Shown here one piece after another: positions 37,199 through 47,072 of a stretch of DNA of 64,000 nt. Numbering within the stretch: position 1 is the stretch's first letter; every line of letters starts with the position of its first letter. The translations under genes and the position numbers were made by a program. The DNA comes from Patescibacteria group bacterium UBA6241 (lineage in GTDB: Bacteria; Patescibacteriota; Minisyncoccia; Phycocordibacterales; Phycocordibacteraceae), in contig DJWB01000001.1 in the NCBI GenBank assembly GCA_002441425.1, forward strand, positions 105,653-169,652, in the 5' to 3' direction. The notes beneath the pieces are model-generated. The model saw nothing but the letters and a program-made list of their open reading frames with translations, was not told the origin of the DNA and searched no databases.

Positions 37199-37630
37199 AT
37201 GAAAAAGGGAGAGGATTATGTGGGCGTTACCCTAAGCTTCTTCTGCCATGATGGAAAAGGAAACTTTATACTATCTAAACGCAGTGCAAATTGTCGTGAC
37301 GAGCACGGACGATGGGATTTCGGAGGAGGGGGATTAGATCTGCACGAGACAGTAGAAAATCAGCTACGCAGGGAAATAAAGGAGGAACTCTGTACGGATG
37401 TACTTGAATACGAGTTTCTCGGATATCGGGATGTGCACCGAGAGCATGAAGGAAAGAAGACACACTGGGTATCTTTGGACTTTAAAGTACTGATAGATCC
37501 TTCTCAGGTTAAGAATGGAGAGCCACACAAGTTTGATGAAATAGCATGGTTTAGACTGGACGCTCTTCCTGAGCCACTACATTCTCAGGCTCCTTTGGAG
37601 GTCGCCCTGTATAAGGCACAGCTTTCATAA
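37199..37630 (+). CDS. NUDIX hydrolase
   Basis: NUDIX box GGGGLDLHETVENQLRREIKEELC. ATG at 37199. Confidence 0.75.
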   Translation: MKKGEDYVGVTLSFFCHDGKGNFILSKRSANCRDEHGRWDFGGGGLDLHETVENQLRREIKEELCTDVLEYEFLGYRDVHREHEGKKTHWVSLDFKVLIDPSQVKNGEPHKFDEIAWFRLDALPEPLHSQAPLEVALYKAQLS

Positions 37631-37706
37631 GAGAATCTTGCAGAAATTGACTTTAATTTCTGCATCTATATAGTCAAAAAACCTAAAACACCGAGTCGGA
37701 GGGTTA

Positions 37707-38030
37707 ATGGTAGATGCTCTTTTAGTACTGGTGTATCTGGGCTTTGCGACCTCTGCGATATCAGTAACGCTTACGAGATCGGATATTACTCGCGAGCCGC
37801 GTCAGTGGCTCAAAGAGAAAGTCCCGTCTCTCGCAGGCCTTATTCATTGCCCATACTGCACTAGCCACTGGGTCGCCATGGTGCTTGTCCTGTTCTACAA
37901 GCCCGTTGTGGTTGACCTGTTTCTCCCCATTGATCTCGCCGTCTCCGTTATGGGCGTCGTAGGGATTGCCGGGGTCGTCTCAGGGATCTTGATTACAAAG
38001 ATCCCCTCGCTTGGAAGGAAGGAAGACTGA
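37707..38030 (+). CDS. Small membrane protein (107 aa)
   Basis: Three TM helices and a CPYC motif. Confidence 0.45.
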   Translation: MVDALLVLVYLGFATSAISVTLTRSDITREPRQWLKEKVPSLAGLIHCPYCTSHWVAMVLVLFYKPVVVDLFLPIDLAVSVMGVVGIAGVVSGILITKIPSLGRKED

Positions 38031-38150
38031 AATGCCGAAATGGGTTCCGAGATGCCCGATCTTTTGGATGCTGGTCATCATCATCGCCGTGAGCATCGGC
38101 GTGTGGCGGTGTAGTTCCGGATAAGGGATAACTTCCCACGAATACTTTTT

Positions 38151-38178
38151 AAGCCGCCGGAAGAATTGGCGGCTTTTT
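38151..38178 (+). terminator. Rho-independent terminator
   Basis: AAGCCGCCGGAAGAATTGGCGGCTTTTT. Confidence 0.6.
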
Positions 38179-38232
38179 ACTTTGTGAACACAAATAAATC
38201 TTGCCGTTTAGTATGCGATATACTTTATTCAT

Positions 38233-38571
38233 ATGAAATTCTTTGTAACCTACCAAATGCCCCATACGGGAATGGACGAGTGGATGAAAATCCCAGAAGA
38301 AGAGCGAAAAGTACAAGAACAGCAAATGCAGTCTGAATGGAATGCGTGGATGGGAGACCACAAGGACTCGCTAACTGAAAGTGCTGGTGTTGGAAAACCA
38401 AAGCGAATCACCGCAAAGGGAACTGAAGACGCTCGCAACGACATTATGATGTACTCATTTGTTGAGGCCACTACGCTTGAAGAGGCAGCAGAGATATTTA
38501 AAGATCATCCACACTTTGGCATTCCAGGTGCGTGGATAGAAGTGATGTCCGTAAATAAGAATATCGGCTAA
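38233..38571 (+). CDS. Hypothetical protein (112 aa)
   Basis: Coding-like ORF; no motif recognised. Confidence 0.4.
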   Translation: MKFFVTYQMPHTGMDEWMKIPEEERKVQEQQMQSEWNAWMGDHKDSLTESAGVGKPKRITAKGTEDARNDIMMYSFVEATTLEEAAEIFKDHPHFGIPGAWIEVMSVNKNIG

Positions 38572-38587
38572 GTAGTAGCAGATACGC

Positions 38588-38935
38588 ATGTCCTACAAGT
38601 TAACGAAGTCTGCGGATCTTCCAAAGAAGGAGAAGTACGAAATGGAGATCCGTATCTTGCCTGAGATTGGGAATTGCAATGTCATTACCGCTGAAACAGA
38701 AACCGGACACAATCAGGAGTTTTATGACACTGAATCAACCTTCCACTACATCATAGTGAGCGGGTCCGGAAGCTTTTTCCTTGATGATAAGGAAGTCCCT
38801 GTTTCTGAAGGCGACTATCTTTCGATAGAACCAAAGACAAGAATCTATTACAAAGGCCGTATGCGTCTTGTGCTAATAACAAATCCTCCCTGGCGGCAGG
38901 AGAATGAGGTTGAGACAAGATCCAAGATTTGGTAA
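38588..38935 (+). CDS. Cupin-domain protein
   Basis: Double-stranded beta-helix pattern around HNQEF...HYIIVSGSGSF...GDYLSIEP. Confidence 0.5.
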   Translation: MSYKLTKSADLPKKEKYEMEIRILPEIGNCNVITAETETGHNQEFYDTESTFHYIIVSGSGSFFLDDKEVPVSEGDYLSIEPKTRIYYKGRMRLVLITNPPWRQENEVETRSKIW

Positions 38936-38942
38936 ACGGCGT

Positions 38943-39347
38943 ATGCAAAAACTACCCACAGAACTCGCTGCTCTACTAAGAAAGAATAAAGAGACTCAAG
39001 CAAGCTGGAGTTCACTTACTCCTATTGCCCAAAGAGATTTCATTACATGGATTAATTCTGCAAAGCAGGAGACAACTAGGATAAAGAGAGCTGAACGAGT
39101 TCCTGATATGTTGCGCTCAGGAAAGCGCCGCCCCTGCTGCTACGCAGTGGTGCCCATGGATCTTTATAGAGAACTAGGAGCAAATCCCAAGGCGAAAGCT
39201 ACATGGAAGACTCTCTCAGCCACAGAACGCAGAGACTTTAGCGATTGGGTAAGTACAGCTAGCAGTAAAGAGGATACCGAGCAAAGAGTTGAAAAAGTGA
39301 AGAAGCTTCTTATGCAAGGCAAAAAGAGCCTTGGAAGCAAGAAGTAG
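38943..39347 (+). CDS. YdeI/OmpD-associated family protein
   Basis: LPTELAALLRKN...WSSLTPIAQRDFITWINSAKQETTRIKR pattern. ATG at 38943. Confidence 0.55.
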   Translation: MQKLPTELAALLRKNKETQASWSSLTPIAQRDFITWINSAKQETTRIKRAERVPDMLRSGKRRPCCYAVVPMDLYRELGANPKAKATWKTLSATERRDFSDWVSTASSKEDTEQRVEKVKKLLMQGKKSLGSKK

Positions 39348-39398
39348 CGCCTCTCAACAGACTCCTCATACCCACTTCACAAGGCGCATGAGATAGTT

Positions 39399-40061
39399 AT
39401 GAGACGTATGCAAACAAACCAAAGAAACATCCTGATTATAGGCGCTGTAGTTGCTGCTCTCATCCTTATCGGAGGGGGATGGTATCTAATTTCTAATGTA
39501 AACCCTCCTCCTTCAACAGATACCTCAACATTTAAGAGTAAGGCATTCTGGTTTGACTACCCAAGAATATTTGATGTACGTGAGTTTGAAACAGGTGCAG
39601 TACTCGTAGGCTCTCAAGAACGAAAGGAATTTGTCCCGTTGGTTCAAGTTATGGAGTACAAGAGTGATCCTGATTCACCACTACCCGCAAGCTACGAGGA
39701 GTTTGTAACGCAGCAAGCACTTGAACTTTGTGGGTCAGACAACTCGGAAGAGAGTGTTGAGTGTAGTACTCCTGTAGTTGAGCCGTTCACAAGCCTTAAT
39801 GCATTTGAGGGACTTAAAGTTACGCTTACTCTCACACGGACTAATCTAGAGACACAGGAATCTGTCGCATCAACCTTTGGTCCAATCTATGCATTTGATG
39901 TAACGAAGCCTGCAACAGCAGAGGATCCATTAAGATACACATCAATATTTGTGAACCCAACTCTTCAGGCAACTCTCTCAGGCACTGAAGTAACAGAGTT
40001 GCTTGATGCTGTTGTTGCAAGACTTGTTATAAGTAATGAAGACTCACAACTTCCACTCTAA
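39399..40061 (+). CDS. Hypothetical membrane-anchored protein (220 aa)
   Basis: N-terminal TM helix ILIIGAVVAALILIGGGWYLI. Confidence 0.45.
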   Translation: MRRMQTNQRNILIIGAVVAALILIGGGWYLISNVNPPPSTDTSTFKSKAFWFDYPRIFDVREFETGAVLVGSQERKEFVPLVQVMEYKSDPDSPLPASYEEFVTQQALELCGSDNSEESVECSTPVVEPFTSLNAFEGLKVTLTLTRTNLETQESVASTFGPIYAFDVTKPATAEDPLRYTSIFVNPTLQATLSGTEVTELLDAVVARLVISNEDSQLPL

Positions 40062-40063
40062 CT

Positions 40064-40474
40064 ATGAAAGGATTCGTAACTAATATTGAGCACGAGACAG
40101 AGGAGAATAATAACTTTAGAAAGGTGCTCTACACTGCGCAGCATTGCCAGCTCGTTGTGATGTCAATTCCAGTATCAGAAGATATTGGAGCAGAAATACA
40201 CGATGTAGATCAGTTCATTCGTATTGAAGAAGGGGAAGGTACGAGCATACTAGACGGTGTTGAACGATCTCTCACCAAGGGCTCTGCGGTAGTTATTCCT
40301 GCAGGTGTACAGCACAACATCATAAATACTTCAGACACCAATGCACTCAAGCTATATAGCGTATATGCTCCCGCACATCATGAAGATGGAGTGATCCACA
40401 AAACAAAAGCTGAGGCACTTAAAGATGATGAACACTTTGACGGACACACTACTGATGCGCTAGAACAAGAGTAA
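40064..40474 (+). CDS. Cupin-domain protein
   Basis: [17 protein letters not shown]...[11 protein letters not shown] is a cupin motif pair. Confidence 0.5.
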   Translation: MKGFVTNIEHETEENNNFRKVLYTAQHCQLVVMSIPVSEDIGAEIHDVDQFIRIEEGEGTSILDGVERSLTKGSAVVIPAGVQHNIINTSDTNALKLYSVYAPAHHEDGVIHKTKAEALKDDEHFDGHTTDALEQE

Positions 40475-40959
40475 TGACATCTAAAGCCATTCTTGCTGGA
40501 GGCTGTTTCTGGGGCCTTGAGGAGCTGTTTAGGAGCCGTACAGGGGTGCTTGCTACCGAAGCCGGCTATACCGGAGGAGAGAATGAGAACCCTACATATG
40601 AGAACCACCCAGGCCATGCAGAGGCTCTGGAAATTACGTATGACCCTGAGCAGACCTCTTTCATAGAACTTTTGGATTTCTTTTTCTGCGTACACAATCC
40701 AACGACACTAAATCAACAAGGAAATGACATGGGAACCTCATACCGGTCTGCTATTTTCTATCAGAACGAAAAGGAGAAGAGAGAGGCAGCTGAGTTTATA
40801 CAAAGAGTAGATAACTCAGGAAGATGGGAGGATCCTGTAGTTACTACATTGGAACCATTCACCAAGTTCTATCCTGCAGAAGAGCCTCACCAGGACTACC
40901 TACAAAAGAATCCAGGAGGCTATACCTGCCATGCAGTGTATTTTGATTCATACCTGTAA
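40474..40959 (+). CDS. msrA: Peptide methionine sulfoxide reductase MsrA
   Basis: Active-site GGCFWG at the N-terminus, and a C-terminal EPHQDY. Confidence 0.88.
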   Translation: MTSKAILAGGCFWGLEELFRSRTGVLATEAGYTGGENENPTYENHPGHAEALEITYDPEQTSFIELLDFFFCVHNPTTLNQQGNDMGTSYRSAIFYQNEKEKREAAEFIQRVDNSGRWEDPVVTTLEPFTKFYPAEEPHQDYLQKNPGGYTCHAVYFDSYL

Positions 40960-40962
40960 CGT

Positions 40963-42198
40963 ATGGCTATGTACGATGTAATTGTTATAGGAGGTGGAGC
41001 CTCAGGAATGATGGCTGCTGGACGCGCTGCTGAGCGCGGGAGGAAAGTACTTCTTATAGAGAAGCAGAGAAAGCTTGGAGAGAAGCTCCGTATAACAGGA
41101 GGAACCAGATGCAATATAACGAATGCTGAGGAGGACACAGGTGTACTTCTCAAAAAGTATGGAAGTGCTGCTGACTTCCTACACTCTCCTTTCTCCAAGT
41201 TCGGAGTGCAGGACACATTTAAATTCTTTGAAGAAAGAGGGCTTCCTTTAAAAGTAGAAGCGAACAAGCGTGCATTTCCAAAGACAGAGAAGGCAGAGGA
41301 TGTGTGTGCAGTACTGGAGAAATACTTGAAGGACACCTCCGTAGAAGTTAAGAGGGGTCTACCAGTTACCGCAATAGAAAAAACAAAGGAGGGAATCACG
41401 GGAGTTATTCTTGGAGGCACTACCTATACTGCTGAGTCATACATACTAGCAACGGGAGGAGTGTCTCATCCTGAAACTGGGTCAACGGGAGATGGGTTCG
41501 GGTGGTTAAAGCAGCTTGGACATACTGTGCAAGATCCAACACCAACTATTGTTCCTCTTCGCACAAAGGAGAAATGGTCCAAGCAACTCTCCGGAGTTTC
41601 TTTAAAGAACATAAAGATAACGTTCTTTGCTGGAGGGAAAAAAGGTTTCTCTAAAAAAGGAAACGTATTGCTTACGCACTTTGGAATTTCAGGACCACTC
41701 ATACTGAACAGTGCACACCAAGTAGCAGATTTGCTCCACGAGGAGCAAGTAACTGCAACGATTGATACGTATCCTGAAATGGACTTGGGAATTTTGGACA
41801 AACATATAAGTACTGTATTTGATGCACACAAAAACAAGCTCCTTAAGAACGTATTTAAGGAACTAGCACCAGAGGGAACTACAGACGTACTCCTCTCATT
41901 AGTGCCCTCCATTAGTCCTGAAACAAAAATTCATAGCGTTACGAAGGCAGAGCGAAGACAGCTCGCAGAACTATTAAAGGCTCTCCCTTTAACTATTACA
42001 GGTCTTATGGGGCTAGACCGAGCGGTTATTGCAGACGGCGGAGTTGATCTTGTTGAGATAGATACACGGACCATGAGATCACGCAGATGCAGTAATTTAT
42101 TTGTTACGGGGGACCTTCTCCATATCGTGCGCCCCTCAGGAGGATACTCACTGCAATTGTGCTGGACTACAGGGTATCTCGCAGGAAGCAGCGCGTAA
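40963..42198 (+). CDS. HI0933/BaiN-like FAD-dependent oxidoreductase
   Basis: Dinucleotide-binding YDVIVIGGGASGMMAA; 411 aa, typical of the YhiN/HI0933 family. Confidence 0.7.
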   Translation: MAMYDVIVIGGGASGMMAAGRAAERGRKVLLIEKQRKLGEKLRITGGTRCNITNAEEDTGVLLKKYGSAADFLHSPFSKFGVQDTFKFFEERGLPLKVEANKRAFPKTEKAEDVCAVLEKYLKDTSVEVKRGLPVTAIEKTKEGITGVILGGTTYTAESYILATGGVSHPETGSTGDGFGWLKQLGHTVQDPTPTIVPLRTKEKWSKQLSGVSLKNIKITFFAGGKKGFSKKGNVLLTHFGISGPLILNSAHQVADLLHEEQVTATIDTYPEMDLGILDKHISTVFDAHKNKLLKNVFKELAPEGTTDVLLSLVPSISPETKIHSVTKAERRQLAELLKALPLTITGLMGLDRAVIADGGVDLVEIDTRTMRSRRCSNLFVTGDLLHIVRPSGGYSLQLCWTTGYLAGSSA

Positions 42199-42230
42199 CT
42201 CTTATCAAGATGCCCTAAATGCGTTAGGGT

Positions 42231-43724
42231 ATGAGTGTGGCAAAGAACACCCCATCAGGAGGAGCCCCTCAAGGACCGCAGAATGCGGTTTTACGCTTTG
42301 AGGACCTCTCCTTTAATTACGGACATAATCACCCGATTCTGGACTCGGTAGACTTCTCTATACGCAGAGGAATGAAGATGACTCTCATGGGTCAAAACGG
42401 AGCGGGCAAAAGTACACTCTTTAAACTCATAACTGGAGCACTACAACCAGAGTCAGGAAAGATAGTAGCAGCACCAAAGCTAACCATCGCGCTTTCACAT
42501 CAAGTTGTTACCCCTGAAGAGAGGGAACTAACCGTGCGTGCTTTCTTTGAAAAGCGTTTTGCTGAAAAGGTGTACGACATAGATCCGCGCATTGAATCTA
42601 TTCTGGAGGTTGTAAATTTACATGCACCATTAGATCGCATCGTTAAATCTTTCTCAGGAGGACAGCAAGCTCGCTTGCTCCTTGCTTCAGCCCTCATTCA
42701 AGACCCAGACCTCCTGCTTTTAGACGAGCCAACCAACAACCTAGACACTGCTGGAATTGAACACCTTACGGAATTTCTCAAAGACTACAAAAAGACCTGT
42801 ATCGTTATTTCCCACGATGCAGAATTCCTGAACTCATTCACACAGGGAGTGTTGTACTTAGATGTACACACAAGAAAGCTTGAGCAGTACACAGGAAACT
42901 ACTTTGATCTCCTCAAGGAAATATCTGCTCGTATTGAGCGAGAGAATCGCAAGAATGCACAGCTTGCTAAGAAGATTCAGGACAACAAAGACAAAGCTAA
43001 CTTCTTTGCGCAAAAGGGAGGGAAAATGCGTGTAGTTGCAAAGAAGATGCGTACGGAAATTGAGGAGATGGAGGAAGAGAAAGTTGATGTGCGTAAGGAA
43101 GACAAAACAATTCGTCCGTTCGTTATCCCAGTACAAGATATTGGGGGAGAAATTCTCACGATCTCTTCGGTTTCAACAATGGATCCAAAGAAGCACACCC
43201 CAAAGATTAAGAAGGTGTCCATTGTTCTTAAGAAGAGAATGCATCTTCAGCTAAAGGGTCCAAACGGAATTGGCAAAACAACTCTTCTGGAGTCTCTCGC
43301 AAATGGCACTACTGAAGGAGCACAGATTGCAGCTGGAGTTCGTGTTGGATATTACCGACAGGACTTCTCAACACTTAACTTTGAACACACGGTACGCCAG
43401 TCTCTTATGGCCATCATGGATAAGCCAAATGAGGAGAAGATGCGTGCTACTGCCGCAAGCTTCCTTCTTACCTCCGAGCACATAGATAAGAAGATTGGAG
43501 GATTGTCTGAAGGGCAAAAAGGATTGGTTGCGTTTGCACGACTCGTTCTTATGCAGCCTGGTCTTCTTATTCTAGACGAGCCTACAAACCACATTAACTT
43601 CAGACACATCCCAGTTATTGCAAAAGCACTAGATAGTTATGAGGGAGCAATGGTGCTGGTGAGTCACGTGCCAGAGTTTGTTGAGCAGATACGCATTGAT
43701 GAGGTCTTAGACCTAGAGAAGTAG
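42231..43724 (+). CDS. ABC-F family ATPase (tandem ABC domains, no TM domain)
   Basis: Two Walker A motifs (GQNGAGKST; GPNGIGKTT), two signature motifs (SGGQQARL; SEGQKGLV) and an inter-domain linker. Confidence 0.82.
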   Translation: MSVAKNTPSGGAPQGPQNAVLRFEDLSFNYGHNHPILDSVDFSIRRGMKMTLMGQNGAGKSTLFKLITGALQPESGKIVAAPKLTIALSHQVVTPEERELTVRAFFEKRFAEKVYDIDPRIESILEVVNLHAPLDRIVKSFSGGQQARLLLASALIQDPDLLLLDEPTNNLDTAGIEHLTEFLKDYKKTCIVISHDAEFLNSFTQGVLYLDVHTRKLEQYTGNYFDLLKEISARIERENRKNAQLAKKIQDNKDKANFFAQKGGKMRVVAKKMRTEIEEMEEEKVDVRKEDKTIRPFVIPVQDIGGEILTISSVSTMDPKKHTPKIKKVSIVLKKRMHLQLKGPNGIGKTTLLESLANGTTEGAQIAAGVRVGYYRQDFSTLNFEHTVRQSLMAIMDKPNEEKMRATAASFLLTSEHIDKKIGGLSEGQKGLVAFARLVLMQPGLLILDEPTNHINFRHIPVIAKALDSYEGAMVLVSHVPEFVEQIRIDEVLDLEK

Positions 43725-43730
43725 TCTCAT

Positions 43731-43973
43731 ATGAAATGGCACGTATACATGCTTACGTGCGCTGACGGGACTTTGTATACAGGTATCACTACTGATACAG
43801 ATCGCAGAATCAAAGAGCATAATCAGAGTCAAAAGGGAGCAAAGTATACGCATGCAAGGCGACCTGTTACGCTCACATACTCCGAATCATACGAAACTAG
43901 GAGCGAAGCATCCAAAAGGGAGGCTGCACTAAAAAAGCTGTCACGAGAGGAAAAACTGAAGCTTGCTGGTTAG
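43731..43973 (+). CDS. GIY-YIG domain protein (UPF0213-like, 80 aa)
   Basis: WHVYMLTCADGTLYTGITTDTDRRIKEHN matches the GIY-x10-YIG core. Confidence 0.7.
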   Translation: MKWHVYMLTCADGTLYTGITTDTDRRIKEHNQSQKGAKYTHARRPVTLTYSESYETRSEASKREAALKKLSREEKLKLAG

Positions 43974-44053
43974 TATTGTGCACTGTACCCAGTTGTCAGC
44001 TTCATGAAGCGGGCTACTATTATCTATACGTTATTCATCACAAACGATTATCT

Positions 44054-44476
44054 ATGCGTTCATTCTTAATTGGTACATATCCTGCGCAGCTCCAGAGCTT
44101 CGCTCCTCTTGTACTGCGTGTTGTTGTTGGACTTGTGTTCGCGCTTCACGGGTACCAGAAGTTAGAGATGGGGATTCCTGGTGTTGCAGGATTCCTTACG
44201 GGTCTTGGCTTCCCAATGCCTGAGCTGTTCGCAGTACTCTTGATTGCAGCTGAACTGCTCGGAGGTATCTTGCTTATTCTTGGTCTGTTCACGTACTGGA
44301 ACACCCGTATCCTCGGTATCGTTGCAGTTGTAGCACTCCTAACCGTGCATGTAACAAAGGGATTCTTTCTTGCGAGCGGAGGGTATGAATATATTCTGCT
44401 CATCCTTGCCGCAACGATCTCTCTTATGATCACTGGTCCAGGAAAATGGTCTCTGGATAAAATGATGTGGAAGTAA
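44054..44476 (+). CDS. DoxX-family membrane protein
   Basis: LVLRVVVGLVFALHGYQKL plus four TM helices. It is followed by a hairpin at 44491-44526. Confidence 0.6.
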   Translation: MRSFLIGTYPAQLQSFAPLVLRVVVGLVFALHGYQKLEMGIPGVAGFLTGLGFPMPELFAVLLIAAELLGGILLILGLFTYWNTRILGIVAVVALLTVHVTKGFFLASGGYEYILLILAATISLMITGPGKWSLDKMMWK

Positions 44477-44606
44477 CACCATCATGACTTCATGAAGAAA
44501 GGACCGCACGGGTCCTTTCTTCATGTAAGAGCGAACACACTCCATCGTCTACTTTTGTAACTGCCTGCTCAATTACATACGGCAGCACTCACACAAAACT
44601 ACACAC

Positions 44607-45308
44607 ATGAGTACATTCACACACCCGGCACGGGCGCTGGTTTTTCTAGCGCTCATTATGCTGCCACTTATACCGCTTCAAGCTGATGCGGCTACAAGAA
44701 CATATAGATTTAACAGAGAAGTTTCCTCACAAGAAGGAAGTACTTATTCACAGAGATATTCTTCAAGGGATCGTTATTCAAGTGCCATACAAAGAGAAAT
44801 TAAAAAACTTGATGACGATATAGTTGAGGATCTTCCGATTCCTATTGTGCTCGGGCTTTCACGAAACCAGATTAGTTCTGACTTTGGAGATGCTCGGGAC
44901 GGCGGAGCACGCTCACATGAAGGACAAGACCTTATTGCACCTCGTGGAGCATTTATCGCTTCGCCTACAGATGCTGTTGTAACTAAGACCGGAGAAGGAG
45001 GAAGTGCGGGTGTATACGTCTACACTGCAAATCCAGGCGGAGAAACCTTCGTATATATGCACCTGGATAGCATTGCAGACGGAGTTAAGGCAGGAACTGT
45101 GCTTGAGGCCGGAGACCTTATTGGATATGTAGGCGACTCAGGAAATGCAAAAGGGGGAGTCCCGCACCTTCACTTTGAGATTCGTGAAGGAAGAGAGGCA
45201 ATAGACCCGTATCCTCGTCTCACAGAAGAGTTCACGCTTGAACAAAAGATCAGCGTACTTAAGAAAATACTTGCAGAGCTACTAGATAGGCAAAAGAAAC
45301 TTAGTTAA
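44607..45308 (+). CDS. M23-family metallopeptidase
   Basis: HEGQDLIAP and GDSGNAKGGVPHLHFEI (HxxxD ... HxH zinc ligands); N-terminal signal peptide. Confidence 0.8.
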   Translation: MSTFTHPARALVFLALIMLPLIPLQADAATRTYRFNREVSSQEGSTYSQRYSSRDRYSSAIQREIKKLDDDIVEDLPIPIVLGLSRNQISSDFGDARDGGARSHEGQDLIAPRGAFIASPTDAVVTKTGEGGSAGVYVYTANPGGETFVYMHLDSIADGVKAGTVLEAGDLIGYVGDSGNAKGGVPHLHFEIREGREAIDPYPRLTEEFTLEQKISVLKKILAELLDRQKKLS

Positions 45309-45735
45309 CTTTCTGAACCCGCCATGTCCCGGCGGGTTCTTTGATATAGAGCATATGCACAGGCTCATCCCACGTGTTACGCACGAGGGGTGTGCTTGTA
45401 TAGTTTTCTTCTTTGCACACACCTATACGCACCCACTCATCAGGGAGGACAGAGAGGAACCGATCGTACCACCCATGTCCGCGTCCATGTCTGGTTCCAA
45501 AAGCATCAAATGCTTGACCAGGCACAAGTACGCCTAACTTCTTTCCCTGAAATTTCTTTGCAAGGTCATGAGCGAAAGAAAAGGGATCAGTATTCTTATC
45601 CTTAGAAACAGTATCTAGTATAGAAAGAGCACGTAGCTCTGAAATCTCCTTCCAGTCTGCCTCAGAAGGGTATGGTTCGTATGCAACAAGTCCATCCAAG
45701 ATACTAAGCATGTTCCATGTGCATAAGTACTTCAC
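45301..45735 (-). CDS. 5-formyltetrahydrofolate cyclo-ligase family protein (short)
   Basis: GTRHGRGHGWYDR matches the G-x-G-x-G-YYDR motif. Confidence 0.6.
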   Translation of the reverse strand: MKYLCTWNMLSILDGLVAYEPYPSEADWKEISELRALSILDTVSKDKNTDPFSFAHDLAKKFQGKKLGVLVPGQAFDAFGTRHGRGHGWYDRFLSVLPDEWVRIGVCKEENYTSTPLVRNTWDEPVHMLYIKEPAGTWRVQKVN

Positions 45736-46708
45736 GGTATAGCGCTTCTACAATCTTCTCCTGAGCAGCTCCGCTCTTAACGTAGTGATCAAGACCAGGA
45801 GCTGAGTTAATCTCAAGCACCCAGTACTTTTTAGGCTCCTCTGAGATATTCCCTTCAATCATAAAATCTACTCCGCACAGACGCAGGCCCATATAGGAAG
45901 TGATGGTGCGCGCAATATCCTTGAATGCAGGATGCATTGAGTCAGTCACGTCCACTGAATCTCCTCCTGTTGAGAGATTTGCGTTATCACGCAGGAATAC
46001 CTGTTCGCCTTTAGCGAGGATAGATTCAAAATCGTACCCCTTCTTCTTAAGAGCACGTAGAAGCGCAGCATCTTCAAAATTAATACGCGTATCTCTTCCT
46101 GCGCGTATAAATAACTTTTGCTTTCTTGTGAGCAGAGTATGTATAGTGCTTCGTCCGTCCCCAGTAACATTTAGAGGAATACGTTCATACGCGGATATAA
46201 CGTTTCCGTCCAAAACAACAACACGATAATCCTTTCCAACGATTCTTTTCTGAACAAGCGCAACACGATCTACTTTGTAGATTTCTCGCATCGCTGCGTA
46301 AAACTCTTTCTTGGTATGCACTAGGGTAACGAGCATTCCCTGACTCCCTGAGTTTGGCTTAACAATTACAGGGAAGCCTAGAGAACACGCATATGCATAT
46401 GCCGCATCAATATTCTGTGTTGAACTAATCGCTTCGCTCCAAGAATTTGAAAAGAATGGCTTGCCTGCAGGAATAGGAAATCCTCCTTGCTTCAGGAAGA
46501 AAGCCGCAAAGTCTTTATCCTTAGAGATCTCTGAAGCTCCCAAGGTATTGATATCAAGCGTGTTGTATCTAAAATATCTCCGTCTGCCATTTTTGAAGGT
46601 TATCTGGCCTGCAAATCCCCATTTAGGTTCAAGAAGCACAGATGCTCCAATTTCAGGGGCAAGACGCAGCAGTAGCTGGCCAAGATACGGCTTTGGATGC
46701 TTCTTCAT
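45704..46708 (-). CDS. ATP-grasp domain protein (RimK/cyanophycin-synthetase-like ligase)
   Basis: C-terminal ...CGVDFMIEG...YWVLEINSAPGL ATP-grasp signature; 334 aa. Confidence 0.5.
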   Translation of the reverse strand: MKKHPKPYLGQLLLRLAPEIGASVLLEPKWGFAGQITFKNGRRRYFRYNTLDINTLGASEISKDKDFAAFFLKQGGFPIPAGKPFFSNSWSEAISSTQNIDAAYAYACSLGFPVIVKPNSGSQGMLVTLVHTKKEFYAAMREIYKVDRVALVQKRIVGKDYRVVVLDGNVISAYERIPLNVTGDGRSTIHTLLTRKQKLFIRAGRDTRINFEDAALLRALKKKGYDFESILAKGEQVFLRDNANLSTGGDSVDVTDSMHPAFKDIARTITSYMGLRLCGVDFMIEGNISEEPKKYWVLEINSAPGLDHYVKSGAAQEKIVEALYREVLMHMEHA

Positions 46709-46763
46709 GGGTGCATAGTATCTGGCTTTTACCCCTCAGGAAAGCAGGGTATCCTAAAGGTAT

Positions 46764-47072
46764 ATGGCGTCACCCTTCACAGAAACTGTATACAAAGCAA
46801 CGAGACAAATTCCAAAGGGTAAGGTTGCAACGTATGCGCAGCTTGCGCGCATGTGTGGGAACCCAAAGGCAGCAAGAGCTGTAGGTGCTGCAATGCGCAC
46901 TAATCCTGATATTCCTAAAACGCCCTGTCACAGAGTTGTTGCCTCGGATGGGTCGCTAACTGGGTACAGTGCAGGATTTGGAATTAAGACAAAGCGAGAG
47001 ATGCTGCTCGCTGAAGGAGTCTCCTTTAAGGGAACTAAGGTTAATTTGGCTGTATCTCAGTGGCAGAAGTAG
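46764..47072 (+). CDS. ogt: Methylated-DNA-protein-cysteine methyltransferase, DNA-binding domain (Ogt/MGMT family)
   Basis: Active-site PCHRVV and an HTH TYAQLARMCGNPKAARAVG. Confidence 0.82.
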   Translation: MASPFTETVYKATRQIPKGKVATYAQLARMCGNPKAARAVGAAMRTNPDIPKTPCHRVVASDGSLTGYSAGFGIKTKREMLLAEGVSFKGTKVNLAVSQWQK

